Assembly (NCBI GenBank): GCA_000320545.1
Contig: ADNK01001741.1
Coordinates: forward strand, 1-52,537
DNA: 52,537 bases
Origin: Bigelowiella natans CCMP2755
Taxonomy: Eukaryota; Protista; Cercozoa
Direction of reading: 5' to 3'
Every line of letters starts with the position of its first letter. Position 1 is the stretch's first letter. The position numbers were made by a program, and so were the translations under genes. This document shows positions 1 through 11,009 of this stretch, in pieces. A model generated the notes under the pieces. That model was not told where the DNA came from, did not search any database, and was given only the letters and a program-made list of their open reading frames with translations.

Positions 1-36
1 ATGACGGGAGTTTAACCTCCCGTGACCTTGCCTTTT

Positions 37-112
37 GTGTGAGTGGTTTTTGCCTTTGAACCACTCGTAGTTCGCGAACTACGAGTGGTTCAAAGGCAAA
101 AACCACTCACAC
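37..112. repeat. Perfect 76-bp spacer-less palindrome (centre TTCG|CGAA), each arm containing a nested GAGTGGTT...AACCACTC inverted repeat
   Basis: Base-by-base pairing of position i with 149-i holds from 37 to 112; a small ACGGGAG/CTCCCGT hairpin lies at 4-23. Confidence 0.95.
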
Positions 113-119
113 CAACACG

Positions 120-1640
120 CCATCTGAACCCATGTGACATCGTGTGGAAACCCCCATGCCACGCACGCAACGTGCACACCTTTGCATGCCAACGCGCACC
201 CACACAATCAGGCCCACGTGTGCCCACAAACTTGCACACAAAAGAAATCATGATAAATGCTGAACACACGCATGCCACCCAATGTGTGCATGACTTGGAA
301 AGCCTGTCGCACTGCCCAAGGCAAATGCGAAAGCATGCATGCATTGCACATGCAAACGCATGTGTCCAACGTGCTGCTGCTGAAACTGAACCAGAACAAA
401 ACTGCATGCCTGGCATGCTGCCTGGTGCAAGCACGCGCTTGGTGGTCATGGCCGACCACACCAGAAACACGTGGGAATGCGCGTTCCGCGAAGCTAGCTG
501 GGAATGCGCATCCCCGCATTCCACATCTTGGACTGAGATGGACCCGTCATTTTCCGTGGTGCGGCATTGATGTTTCGCAAGGGGTGAGCAAGCTAGCAAG
601 CATGGAAGTTGCCAGTTCAGAAATTTTGATGACCCTAGCTGTTCCATTGGCCAACTGACTTCGTTCACCCAACTTTGGGTCAAGTGGATGAGTGGGGCAC
701 GCTTTTGTCGATGCTTTCAGCCACGCTGTTGCGCGCAGCGTGCTTGGAATGCAAGTGGTTGATGGACGTGTGGCTGCGGTCAGCTGAAGAATGGTTTCAT
801 CATTTCAATCAAGTTTGACAGCGTGCACCAGTGCACTGGTGCATGATGCCACAATTGATTGATTGACAGACCTTCCCAGAGGCCTTTCCCAGTTTCCATG
901 GTCTGATCTTGCACACGCACGGAGTTTTCCTGTCGCGACCTCCGACAGTTTGGGGGCGAGTGAGACAATCCCTGCCTCATTCTGGGCAACTTCGCAATGC
1001 ATCACCTTGCGTGCCATGCCCGTTCAGCGCCGGACTAGCGGATGCCATGCGGATGCGACAAAACTGGACGCGCTCATTCACTCTGGCATTGCCTGCCGCG
1101 CCAAGATGACAGCACTTGCGTCTGAACGCACAATGGACGTGCAAACGTTCCAACAGCGTGTGAACAAACAATCTGTGTTGCACACAGCGCTGCATGCATG
1201 CTTTGCGCTTTGGGCGGGCAATTGAATCTGTTCGATCACTTCATTGCACCCGCTAGCCCGTCTCATCACACAATGGACCAACAAGAAGTACGCTGCATGC
1301 ATGAAACTTGTGGATGCAATGAGTGAGTGATCAGATCTTTCAATGGTCATCCCAAAGTGGCTGCCATGGCGCTGCGCATGACATGCATCATTCATTCAGA
1401 CACCGTAGGAACACTCAGACGCGCAAAGTCCATCACGGTGATCGACAAGCAACAACGTGCGCTGTTCCACCACCCCCAGCTGCAAACATCATGCACGTTT
1501 CACGCAGCCAGATGCATTTTCACATCACAGGATGAAAAATGAAAAACTGCAATGATTTCATCACTGCATCCTCCTCACGTGCAAAATGTGCGCATTGTTG
1601 TGTGCACGATGTGTTTGCTGTGACAACACATGTTTTTCAG
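120..1640. other. TpA-depleted, TG/CA-rich island downstream of the caspase-like gene
   Basis: By my count only 11 TpA in 1-1640 (about 100 expected at even base composition), 7 of them in TAG; ORFs here are His/Cys/Ala-rich with almost no Tyr. Confidence 0.85.
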
Positions 1641-1643
1641 GAA

Positions 1644-4457
1644 CTAAAAGTGAAGAGAATGTTTCCGTGGCCTTCCTTCAGCGTCATCAGAGATGAATGT
1701 GGAAGGCTGTTTCACTGTGGCAGAGTGCTTGTGACTTCTCAGGTACGTACTTTCATACCAGTCCGTGAAGAGGGTTCCATCGATGCAAATCTCAATGCCA
1801 TTGCCCGTGTGCGGAATTTCAACAGCAGGGTCTTGGTTTTGCATTCTCATCACTTTCCCAGCTTCTGTGACGAGATCGAAGAATCTTAGACAATGTCTCT
1901 TTTTCCTCTGACTTTTGAAGACTGACAACAATGATTCGGTGAAGAGTCCGTTCTGATTGTCTCCATTGTAGGCTGCATGGCCTTGACATGTGCACAGCAC
2001 ACACAAGTCAAAAACATCCTTCCACCCCAAGAATCTTATGTGTTGCTTGAGATCAATTCACCTGGCTGACAAGCGTAGAGTGTCATGCATCCTTTTAACT
2101 CTTCTTTTGCAATCTTCAAACCACTTCTCGTCAATGAACGATTCTCACTTGGCACTGAGCGTAGCAGTTCTGACACAATGGCAGATCATGGTTGTGCTGT
2201 TTGAGAGGTGGTTGATGATTTATGGATCGAAATACCTGAAGCATTAACACGACAACAATCTAGCAACAGAATCTTCACGTTCGCTTTATCCAAGCCTTGA
2301 ATTATGCTTCTTGTACTTAGTTCACTCCTTTCCAACTCCCTGAAACAAGAAAATGGAGTCATTTGAATGATGATCGAAAAGGCAATACACTCCACACCTG
2401 ACATGCTTGTAGTCATTATCAATACCCAGTAGATAGTTATCGAACGCGGTCTGATTCTTATTTGGTATTTGGACACCATGGCCGGCGAAAAATACAACTG
2501 CCAAAGATTCGCCTTTGTGGTGTAGGAGAGCATCTTCAAATTCATTGAGAGCTTTCTTCATACCTTCGCTTGAAAGGTTTTCATGATAGAAGACCTTGTA
2601 GCCGTACTCAGATCCAAACTTTTCCTCAATGGCTTTTGCATCGTTGATAGGATTTGATCCCAATCGGCCATAACTGTAGTTTCCATTACCGATGATCAAT
2701 GCAAACTTGTGTGTAATGACAGGCTTCGGCTTCTTGCTCGGCCTCACCACGGTGGCCTGTTTTGTTTCCTTGATCGCCTTTTCGAACCTTCTACGGTGCG
2801 GTTTTTTCGGAAAGTAATTCTCAATTTCGTCACTCTCCTAAGATGTTACAACAATAGAAATAATGCTAAATATTGTATCCAGAACTAACCTACATACTCA
2901 GACAATGAATGTTACCATGTCGATTAAGTCCTGGAGGAGCTCATAACCATCGCAACGCAACGTTTGGGAGTATTTAGAGAGATGGACTCTTTTTAGAAAC
3001 TGTTCAAATTCGTCATTTTCCGGCCCCCTGCTTTCCTTATCTTGCTTTGTCAATTCGGATTTTATCTGTAAAAAGAGCAGCATATTTGTGATTCTGATTA
3101 GTTGCAGTTTTTGAAGGTAACGAAATAATGACCTTCTTACTGAGACTAGAAGTGGGAGGATCTTCAACCGTAGGTGCTTTTGATCTCTTTCGATTAAACT
3201 TTGGTGGTATTGGCTTAGAAGCAGCAGCTTTCTTGGCATCCTGATCCACTTCCATCTCGTTTTCTTTCCCAGTCTGTGCTATTTTAGACTTTCAAAAAGG
3301 AACAAATTATTGTACCTCTGACATGAACACGGACAGAGGTCGTCTACCTTTTCAGCTTCGTCTTTTGTAGCATCCAATACATTCTTCTCCTCTTTAACGA
3401 TAACTTTCTCATCCTTCACCTTTTTTTTCAGAGCACTACCCTTTTGTACAGACTGCTTTTGATCATCATCGTCATCTTGATGTGTAGTGTGATCTCCACT
3501 GGCTTGATCGGGCTCGCCATCCTCCTTAACGTACTTCTCCAAGAATGCAGGCAAGATTTCTTTCACTATGTTCCTACAGGTTGCATTGAAGGTTTTAACG
3601 AACATGAAGGGTGGAGTGGAGTGGAGTGATGTGAAATTTAGATTATCATCAAATGCCTGAATTCTTTCGTTGACTTCAGGTTGTTCTCTTTGCACAGAAG
3701 ATTCCTTATCTGCAGAACATCACATCATTTCTCAGGGGAATGCGACCTACAGGTCTATGAATAATCACATACTCCTTTTTTTGTGAATTCGTTTTTTTCC
3801 ATAAGCTCGTCTCTGCGATTCTTGAATATATCCTCCATCTTCTCTTCAATCAATGCTCTCAGCTCCTCGCCAGTGGGCTGCCCCATAACTTCTTCCCGAG
3901 TAGTCTTTGTTAGATTGGACTTCAGAAAAAAAAAAACTCCGTGTTATGCTTGTACATTATTATCATAAGAGATCTTTCTCCACCTCCTTGCTCTCAGCAT
4001 ATTTGTGATTCTGATTAGTTGCAGTTTCTGAAGGTAACGTAATAATGACCTTCTTACTGAGACTAGAAGTGGGAGGATCTTCAACTGTAGGTGCTTTCGC
4101 TCTCTTTCGATTAGACTTTGGTGGCATTGACTTTGTTGTAAGTACGACCTCCTTTTTAGAGTTTTGCTTGAATGAACACTTGGGCCTTGTTTTCCCCATC
4201 GGTTCGTCTTTGTCATCGGAAGAATCCAATTCCATTGGTGCACATTTAGACTGTCGGATCAAACATTGATGGTCTTAGATTTGCATTGAAAATCGACGGT
4301 TACAACGATTCTTGAAGCAACATATAATAATATCTAACACCATAGCACGATGACTTATTTAGATTCAGACATGCACCTTTCCTTGGGAAGAAGATGCTGC
4401 ATTATCCAAAATCATTTGTCCAAGTTCTCCTTTCTTCTTTCCAGAGTATCCCTTAAT
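1644..4457 (-). CDS. Multi-exon SAM-domain + caspase-like (peptidase C14) protein, C-terminal part of the ankyrin locus
   Basis: Spliced reading gives SAM-like FEQFLKRVHLSKYSQTLRCDGYELLQDLIDM...PKKPHRRRFEKAI, then KFALIIGNGNY..NPINDAKAI..VFFAGHG (catalytic His) ..KILLLDCCR (catalytic Cys) ..GCMTLYACQPG/HAAYNGDNQNGLFTESLL; short GT-AG introns. The 5' end is truncated or rearranged at 4457. Confidence 0.88.
3078..3210. repeat. Internal duplication (~130 bp) of 3996-4125 encoding PPK(F/S)NRKR(S/A)KAPTVEDPPTSSLSKKVII(S/T)LPS(K/E)TATNQNHKYA
   Basis: Near-identical DNA and peptide in ORFs 3037..3255 and 3963..4262. Confidence 0.9.
4203..4457. repeat. ~255-bp direct duplication of 7107-7360 (exon end + intron + exon start)
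   Basis: Direct alignment by eye, roughly 90% identical; similarity ends abruptly mid-exon at both ends. Confidence 0.9.
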
Positions 4458-4740
4458 ACAAATACCAAGTAACACAAGAAAACAAACGAAGAAACTTAAG
4501 CAGTCTTTTCGATTCGGAAAAATATCATTAATGTAATGCTGTGTTATTTACGAGTGAATGTGGGAGTCTCGATCAAAATTTATTATCCCCGAATTCATAT
4601 GCATTTAAACAGCTACATTTGCGTATACTTGCAACTGCTCCGACGAGCAAAATAATCATTTTATAAAAATTTCTTCAATACTCCATGTGGAGAACATCTA
4701 CCAAATTATATTGAATTTAAATACCAAATACGTGAATACT

Positions 4741-4782
<42 letters not shown>

Positions 4783-4931
4783 TTCCTATAATATTCGCAT
4801 GCTGCTGAATGCAATGTAAAAATATAAATATGAATTGTTAATTATATCTCCCAAAAACATAGATGCGTACCATTGAAGCATATGATATAAATCTCTATGT
4901 TGATTAAGATAAATGTATCACTCATACACAC

Positions 4932-4969
<38 letters not shown>

Positions 4970-5195
4970 GACACATGTGTGTGTGTATTAACATCACCGT
5001 CACACCAGCTTATTCAACAGAAACCACAAAAATTCGAAAAATATATTCTAACAAAATATGAATTTTTGAAAATTCTGCTGTCTACAGAAAGCAGGATTTT
5101 TAGAAAAAACTTCTGTTCCCTTTTCAACCTCTGCTAATCTCAAATTCCGGTTCTAACTAATTATGTTTTTTTAGAATTCGTCAAATACGCATACA

Positions 5196-5230
<35 letters not shown>

Positions 5231-5455
5231 CGTAAATATGTATTTGCACAAGTTATGCGGGTGTGAGTCTAAACAGAACAAATACGATGATTCAAACATA
5301 AATAACTTTGTAGAGCTTAGATACATTAGGAGAAGGATATAGAGAAAGATAGTGCTTGTGTGTGTGCTTGTGTTTGTGTTTGTGTGGTTATGAGAAAAAT
5401 AATGTGCTTATGAAACGGCTACTTCTAAGCCTTAAACGGTTCTATTCGGGCCTAC

Positions 5456-5563
5456 CTGCTTCTGTGCGCATTTCAACTCCTCTTGTCTAACGAATCACGA
5501 TGTGATCATTTACACACACACACACACACAGACACACACACACACACACACACAAACACATAA

Positions 5564-5599
<36 letters not shown>

Positions 5600-6871
5600 G
5601 TATTATATCCAGACATGCATGTGTGATTGAGTGCGCGTCACAAAAATAAAGTAACATAAACGAAATGTCTTTTTCGTCTTGTCCAACTTCTTGCCTGGCA
5701 TTTCCCACAGCTTCTTGCCTGGCCTTCTTCTCAACCTCATCACTAATTTTCTGAACCTCTTCATCATTGCGGAGAAAACGAACGATATCGTTATGAGCGT
5801 TTTTGTTTGCCCAGTACAATGCGGTGTCGCCTAGTGCAAAAAATTGAACAAACGATTGCGTGGCAAAACAACAGCAGTGTCAACCACAATCAACTAGCCA
5901 ACAAATCAAGCCAAAAACATCAAAATTTTGCAACCACAAAACGCTCAAACAAACTGCTAGCAATCCGAAATAACATTGTGTATTACTTCTGCTACAACTA
6001 CATCTACTACCTCTACTACTCAAAACTATTACTAATACCAATATCACTACTGCTACCAACTACAATTACCATCACCCACCCAAAACTAAAACTAATGCCT
6101 AAATGCTAGCAGTACTGCAGCTGCTACCTACCGTTATTGTCCTTTGCCTCGATGTTTGCCTTCATACCAACCAGGTACTTGACGGTCTCAAATTGACCAT
6201 TATAAGAACCCGAAATCAACGGCGTATCACCTGGTGGTATTCGATACTATGTTAGACGCAAAAACAAAAATGACACATGTATGCAATATCAACAACCATC
6301 CTCAAACCAACATCTTATTAATTTTTGTAAAGCTAATATTACCATCTCTACTAATATCAATGCTCACTTTATCGTCCCTGCTACTCATTGCTCAATACTG
6401 TTACAACTACTACTCGTCATACTCACTACTCAAAACTATTACTAATGCTACTATCACTACTGCTACCAACTACAATTACCATCACCCACCCAACATTGCA
6501 AATACTGCCTAAAGCTAGCAATACTGCAGCTGCTACCTACCGTGTTTGTTCTTCGCCTCGATGTTTGCCTTCATACCAACCAGGTTCTTGACGATCTCCA
6601 AATGGCCATGATAAGATCCCAAAGTCAACGGCGTATCACCTGGTGGTATTCGATCCCATTATAGATGCAAAACTAATCTCAATATCACTACTGCTGCCAA
6701 CAACAATAACCAACATCCACCCAACAATGCAACTAATGCCTATGTACTAGCAATACTGCAGCTGCTACCTACCGTTATTGTCCTTTGCCTCGATGTTTGC
6801 CTTCATACCAACCAGGGACTTGACGGTCTCCAAATGGCCATTATAAGATGCCGAAATCAACTGCGTATCCC
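5456..6871 (-). CDS. Second ankyrin module: three 99-nt ankyrin exons (6773-6871, 6541-6639, 6132-6230), capping exon B from 5830 (GDTALYWANKNAHNDIVRFLRNDEEVQK...), coiled-coil-like tail; possibly a partial gene or pseudogene
   Basis: Exons are flanked by cag/gtagg and translate GDTQLISASYNGHLETVKSLVGMKANIEAKDNN, GDTPLTLGSYHGHLEIVKNLVGMKANIEAKNKH and GDTPLISGSYNGQFETVKYLVGMKANIEAKDNN. No start exon of its own was seen. Confidence 0.75.
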
Positions 6872-9800
6872 CTGGTGGTATTCGATCCCATTTTAGACGC
6901 AAAAACAAAAATGACACATGTATGCAGTATCAACAACCATCCCCAAACGAACTTCTAGTTAATATTTGTTAAACTAATATTACTACCTCTACTAATATCA
7001 ATGCTCAGTGTATCAGTCCCTGCTACTAAGTACTCAATACTGATACAACTACTACCCCTCTTTTTAACTACTCAAAACTATTACTAATGCTACTATCACT
7101 ACTGCTTTCGTCTTCATCATCGGAGGAATCCGACTCCATTGATGCACAGTCAGACTGTCAGATCAAACATTGATGGTCTTAGATTTGCATTGAAAATCGA
7201 TGGTTACAACGATTCTTGAAGCAAGATATATTGATATGTAACACCCAGCACGATGACTTATTTAGATTCAGACATGCACCTTTCCTGGGGAAGAAGATGC
7301 TGCTTTATCAAAAATCATTTGTCCAAGTTCTCCCTTCTTCTTTCTAGAGTATCCCTTAATCTTATGTTTACTGCAGCAATCATTCAGGGAAGGAACCGTT
7401 ACCGCACGCATTGCCTCTTTCTTCAAAGCCTGCACCAATTCATCTCTTTTCTCAATCATGTGAAAGGAGAGATCTCGAAATCGTTTATTAGCAAAGTCTT
7501 TGATCTCAGCAATACTTCCTTTGGAGCACAACCTTGCAAAAGTCCAAAATACTTCGCTCGAAAACGCTTGGGAAGTGTTGGTTTTTTTGGTTTTTTTGTT
7601 TTCGGCATTCATCTTTGCCGAAGCTATCTTTTTAGATGCGATCTTTTTGACACGAAGATACTGCATTATACTCTCATGACCACAATTTTCTGCCACGTCT
7701 ATTGGCGTTTGACCTGGGAGACGAACCAAAATGCAACAAACAAACAGAAACACTCATCACCACAACCATCCTTCGTACTACCAATAAACTAATATTGCTA
7801 CCTCTAATAATATCAATACTCAGTTTACCAGTCCCTGCTACTCACTACTCAATAAAGATACAACTACTACTCCTCTGATGCGATTCACTACTCAAAACTA
7901 TCACTAATACCAATATCACTACTGCTACCGACAACAATTACAATCACCGACCCAACACTGCACTGCCTAAACTCTAGCATGCTACCTACCGTCATTGTCC
8001 TTAGCCTCGATGTTTGCCTTCATACCAACCAGGTATTTGACGATCCTCCATTGGCCATTCCTAGATCCCAAATATAAAGGCGTCCGACCTGGTGTATGCG
8101 ATCCCATTTAGACACAAAAACAAAAATTACACATGTATTCATTATCAACAACCATCCTCAAACCAACATCGAATTGTTTTTTGTAAAGCTAATATTACTA
8201 CCTCTACTAATATCAGTGCTCAATGTACCAGTCCCTGCTACTCACTACCCATTACTGATACAACTACTACTCTCACTCACTACTCACACCTATAAGCAAT
8301 ACGGATATCGCTACTGTTGCTAACAACAGTAACCGACATCCCTCCCAACACTGCAACTACTGCCTGATGTGCTAGCAATGCTGCTGCTGCCTAACTACCG
8401 TTATGGTCTGATCCTCGATGTTTGCCTTCATACCAACCAGGTACTTGACGATCTCCAAATGGCCATTGTAAGATCCCGAAATCAACGCAGTCCAACCTGG
8501 TGGTATACGATCCCATTTTTGACGCATAAACAGAAATGACGCATGTATGCAATATCAACTACCATCGTTAAACCAAAATCGAATTAATTTTTGTAAAAGC
8601 AACATTACTACCTCTACTCATAGCAATGCTAAGTGCACCAGTCCCTGCTACTCACTACTTAATACTGATACAACTACTACTCCTGTTACTCACTACTCAA
8701 AACTATTACTAATACCAATATCACTACTGCTACCAACAACAATTACCATCACCCACCCAACACTGCAACTACTGCCTAAACGCTAGCAATACTGCAGCTG
8801 CTACCTACCGTTCATGTCCTTCGCCTCGATGTTTGCCTTCATACCAACCAGGTACTTGACAATCTCCAATTGGCCATTATAAGATCCCAAAATCAACGGC
8901 GTATTACCTGGTGGTATTCGATCCCATTTTAGACGCAAGAATAACAATGACACATGTATGCAATATCAACAACCATCCACACACCTACATCGAATTAATT
9001 GTTGTAAAGCTAATATTACTACCTCTACTAATATCACATGCCAAAGTGTACCAGTCCCTACTACTCACTACTCAATACTGATACAACTACTACTCCTCTT
9101 ACTAACTACTCAATGCTGTTATTAATACCAATATCACTACTGCTACCCACAACAATTACTATTACTCACCCAACATTGCAACTACTGCCTAAACGCTAGC
9201 AATGCTGCAGCTGCTATCTACCGTATTTGTTATTCGCCTCGATGTTTGCCTTCATACCAACCAGGTACTTGACGATCTCCAAATGGCCATTACAAGATCC
9301 CAAAGTCAACGGCGCATTACCTGGTGGTATTCGATCCCGTTTTAGCCGCAAAATGTCAATGACGCATGTATGCAATATCAACTACCATCGTTAAACCAAC
9401 ATCGAATTGTTTTTTGTAAAGCTAATATTACTACCTCTACTAATATCAATGCTAAGTGTACCATTCCCTGCTACTCACTACCCAATACTAACACAACTAC
9501 TACTCCTCTTACTCACTACTCAAACCTGTTACGAATACCAATATCGCTACTGCTGCCAACAACAATAACCAACATCCACCCAACACTGCAACTGCTGCCT
9601 GAACGCTAGCAATACTGCAGTAGCTAACTACCGTTTTTGTTCTTCGCCTCGATGTTTGCCTTCATACCAACCAGGTACTTGACGATCTCCAAATGGCTAT
9701 TCGAAGAACCCGAAATCAACGCCGTCCAACCTGGTGGTACACGATCCCATTTTTGACGCATGAACAGAAATGACACATGTATGCAATATATTCAACCATC

Positions 9801-10415
9801 CTCAAACCAAAATCGAATTAATTTTTGTAAAACCAATATTAATCTATCTACTCATAGCATGCTACTCACTACTCAATGCTGATACAACTACTACTCCTCT
9901 TACTCACTGTTCAAAACTATTACTGATACCAGTATCACTACTGCTACCGGCAACAATTACCAACATCCACCCAATACTGCAACTGCTGCCTGAACGCTAG
10001 CAATACTTCAGCTGTTACCCACCGTTATTGTCCTTCGCCTCGATGTTTGCCTTCATACCAATCAAGTACTTGACGGTCTCTAATTGTCCATCATGAGATC
10101 CCGAAATCAACGGCGTCCGACCTGGTGGTATGCGATCCCATGTCAGACGCAAAAACAGCAATGACACATGCACGCAACATCAACAACCATCCACACACCT
10201 ACATCTAACTGATGTTTGTAAAACCAATATCAATGCATCTACTCATGTCACATGCCAAGTGTACCAGTCCCTGCTACTCACTACTCAACACTGATACAAC
10301 TACTACTCCTCTTACTCACTACTCAAACCCATTGCTAATACCAATATCACTACTGCTGCCAACAACAATTACCATCACCCACCCAACACTACAACTACTG
10401 TCTAAATGCTAGCAA
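5960..10415. repeat. Tandem array of ~410-bp intron+ankyrin-exon cassettes (9 units in two blocks)
   Basis: Exon starts at 6132, 6541, 6773, 7990, 8399, 8809, 9222, 9632, 10023 (spacing mostly 391-413; one 232). The 24-mer CCTCGATGTTTGCCTTCATACCAA is identical in all nine and the introns are homologous. Confidence 0.95.
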
Positions 10416-10568
10416 TGAACAATCTTAAATGCTTCTGATGGGAATGCTACTTACGACTGCTGCTTACTCACCCTGCTTGTTCCTCGCCTCAATATTTGCC
10501 TTTTCCTCTATTAAACGTTTCAAAAGAGGAAGCCCATTTGGGTCCACTGCGGCGTCGAAGATGTCCAT
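7068..10568 (-). CDS. Ankyrin-repeat protein: start exon 10568-10472, six single-repeat exons, capping exon A 7713-7280 with a HeH/SAP-like motif, then a truncated exon from 7154
   Basis: ATG at 10568 gives MDIFDAAVDPNGLPLLKRLIEEKANIEARNKQG|gtgagt. Repeat exons: 10023-10121, 9632-9730, 9222-9320, 8809-8907, 8399-8496 (98 nt), 7990-8088, consensus GxTPLxxGSxxGHLEIVKYLVGMKANIEAK(D/N)xx. Cap GQTPIDVAENCGHESIMQYLR is followed by VTVPSLNDCCSKHKIKGYSRKKKGELGQMIF. Confidence 0.88.
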
Positions 10569-11009
10569 AATTATGAGAGCTGTAGGAAGAAAGCAACGAA
10601 GGTGGCGATGGTGAGCTAGTTGTAGTGATGACTTGTCTCGATAAGCTTGCGATTACTAGATTATACTGCAGGTTTATGCTTGTCGCATCTTGGTTTTCAC
10701 CTACTTTCCAAAGTATTTTAGAAGCATGCCATCGAAACGGTGGACGAAGATTCGGGAAAAAGTGGGTGAAACATCGGCCGAGCAACACTAGATCTACCTG
10801 CATTTTCCCTAAATCTTCGGACACATTTTCGGACACATCGGACACTTTCATCATCTCCAATTGATTGGAAATGCCCTCAATTTCTCGATAAAATGTCGCC
10901 CAAAATAAGATTCGGAAACGCATGTCAAAATGTCAGACCGTCCATCTTCCGAGCAGAGACCTTCTCAGCCATACTCAAAAGTCTTCATCATTCGCTCCCT
11001 CGAGACTAA

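Noticed and set aside
43-1542. Many overlapping His/Cys-rich ORFs
   Set aside because: A by-product of TpA depletion removing TAA/TAG stops; no recognisable domain.
4458-7106. Block as a classical transposon with target-site duplication
   Set aside because: The flanking duplication is ~255 bp and diverged, with no TIRs/LTRs or transposase; unequal recombination or duplication fits better.
5807-10412. Plus-strand ORFs such as MQYQLPSLNQ...LLLPTTITITHPTLQLLPKR
   Set aside because: They are antisense readings of the repeated introns; the minus-strand ankyrin exon model explains the sequence with canonical splice sites.
5960-10415. CRISPR-like array (identical 24-nt repeat, regular spacing)
   Set aside because: Period is ~410 bp, the spacers are homologous to each other, and the repeat is the coding core of spliced ankyrin exons; no cas genes.
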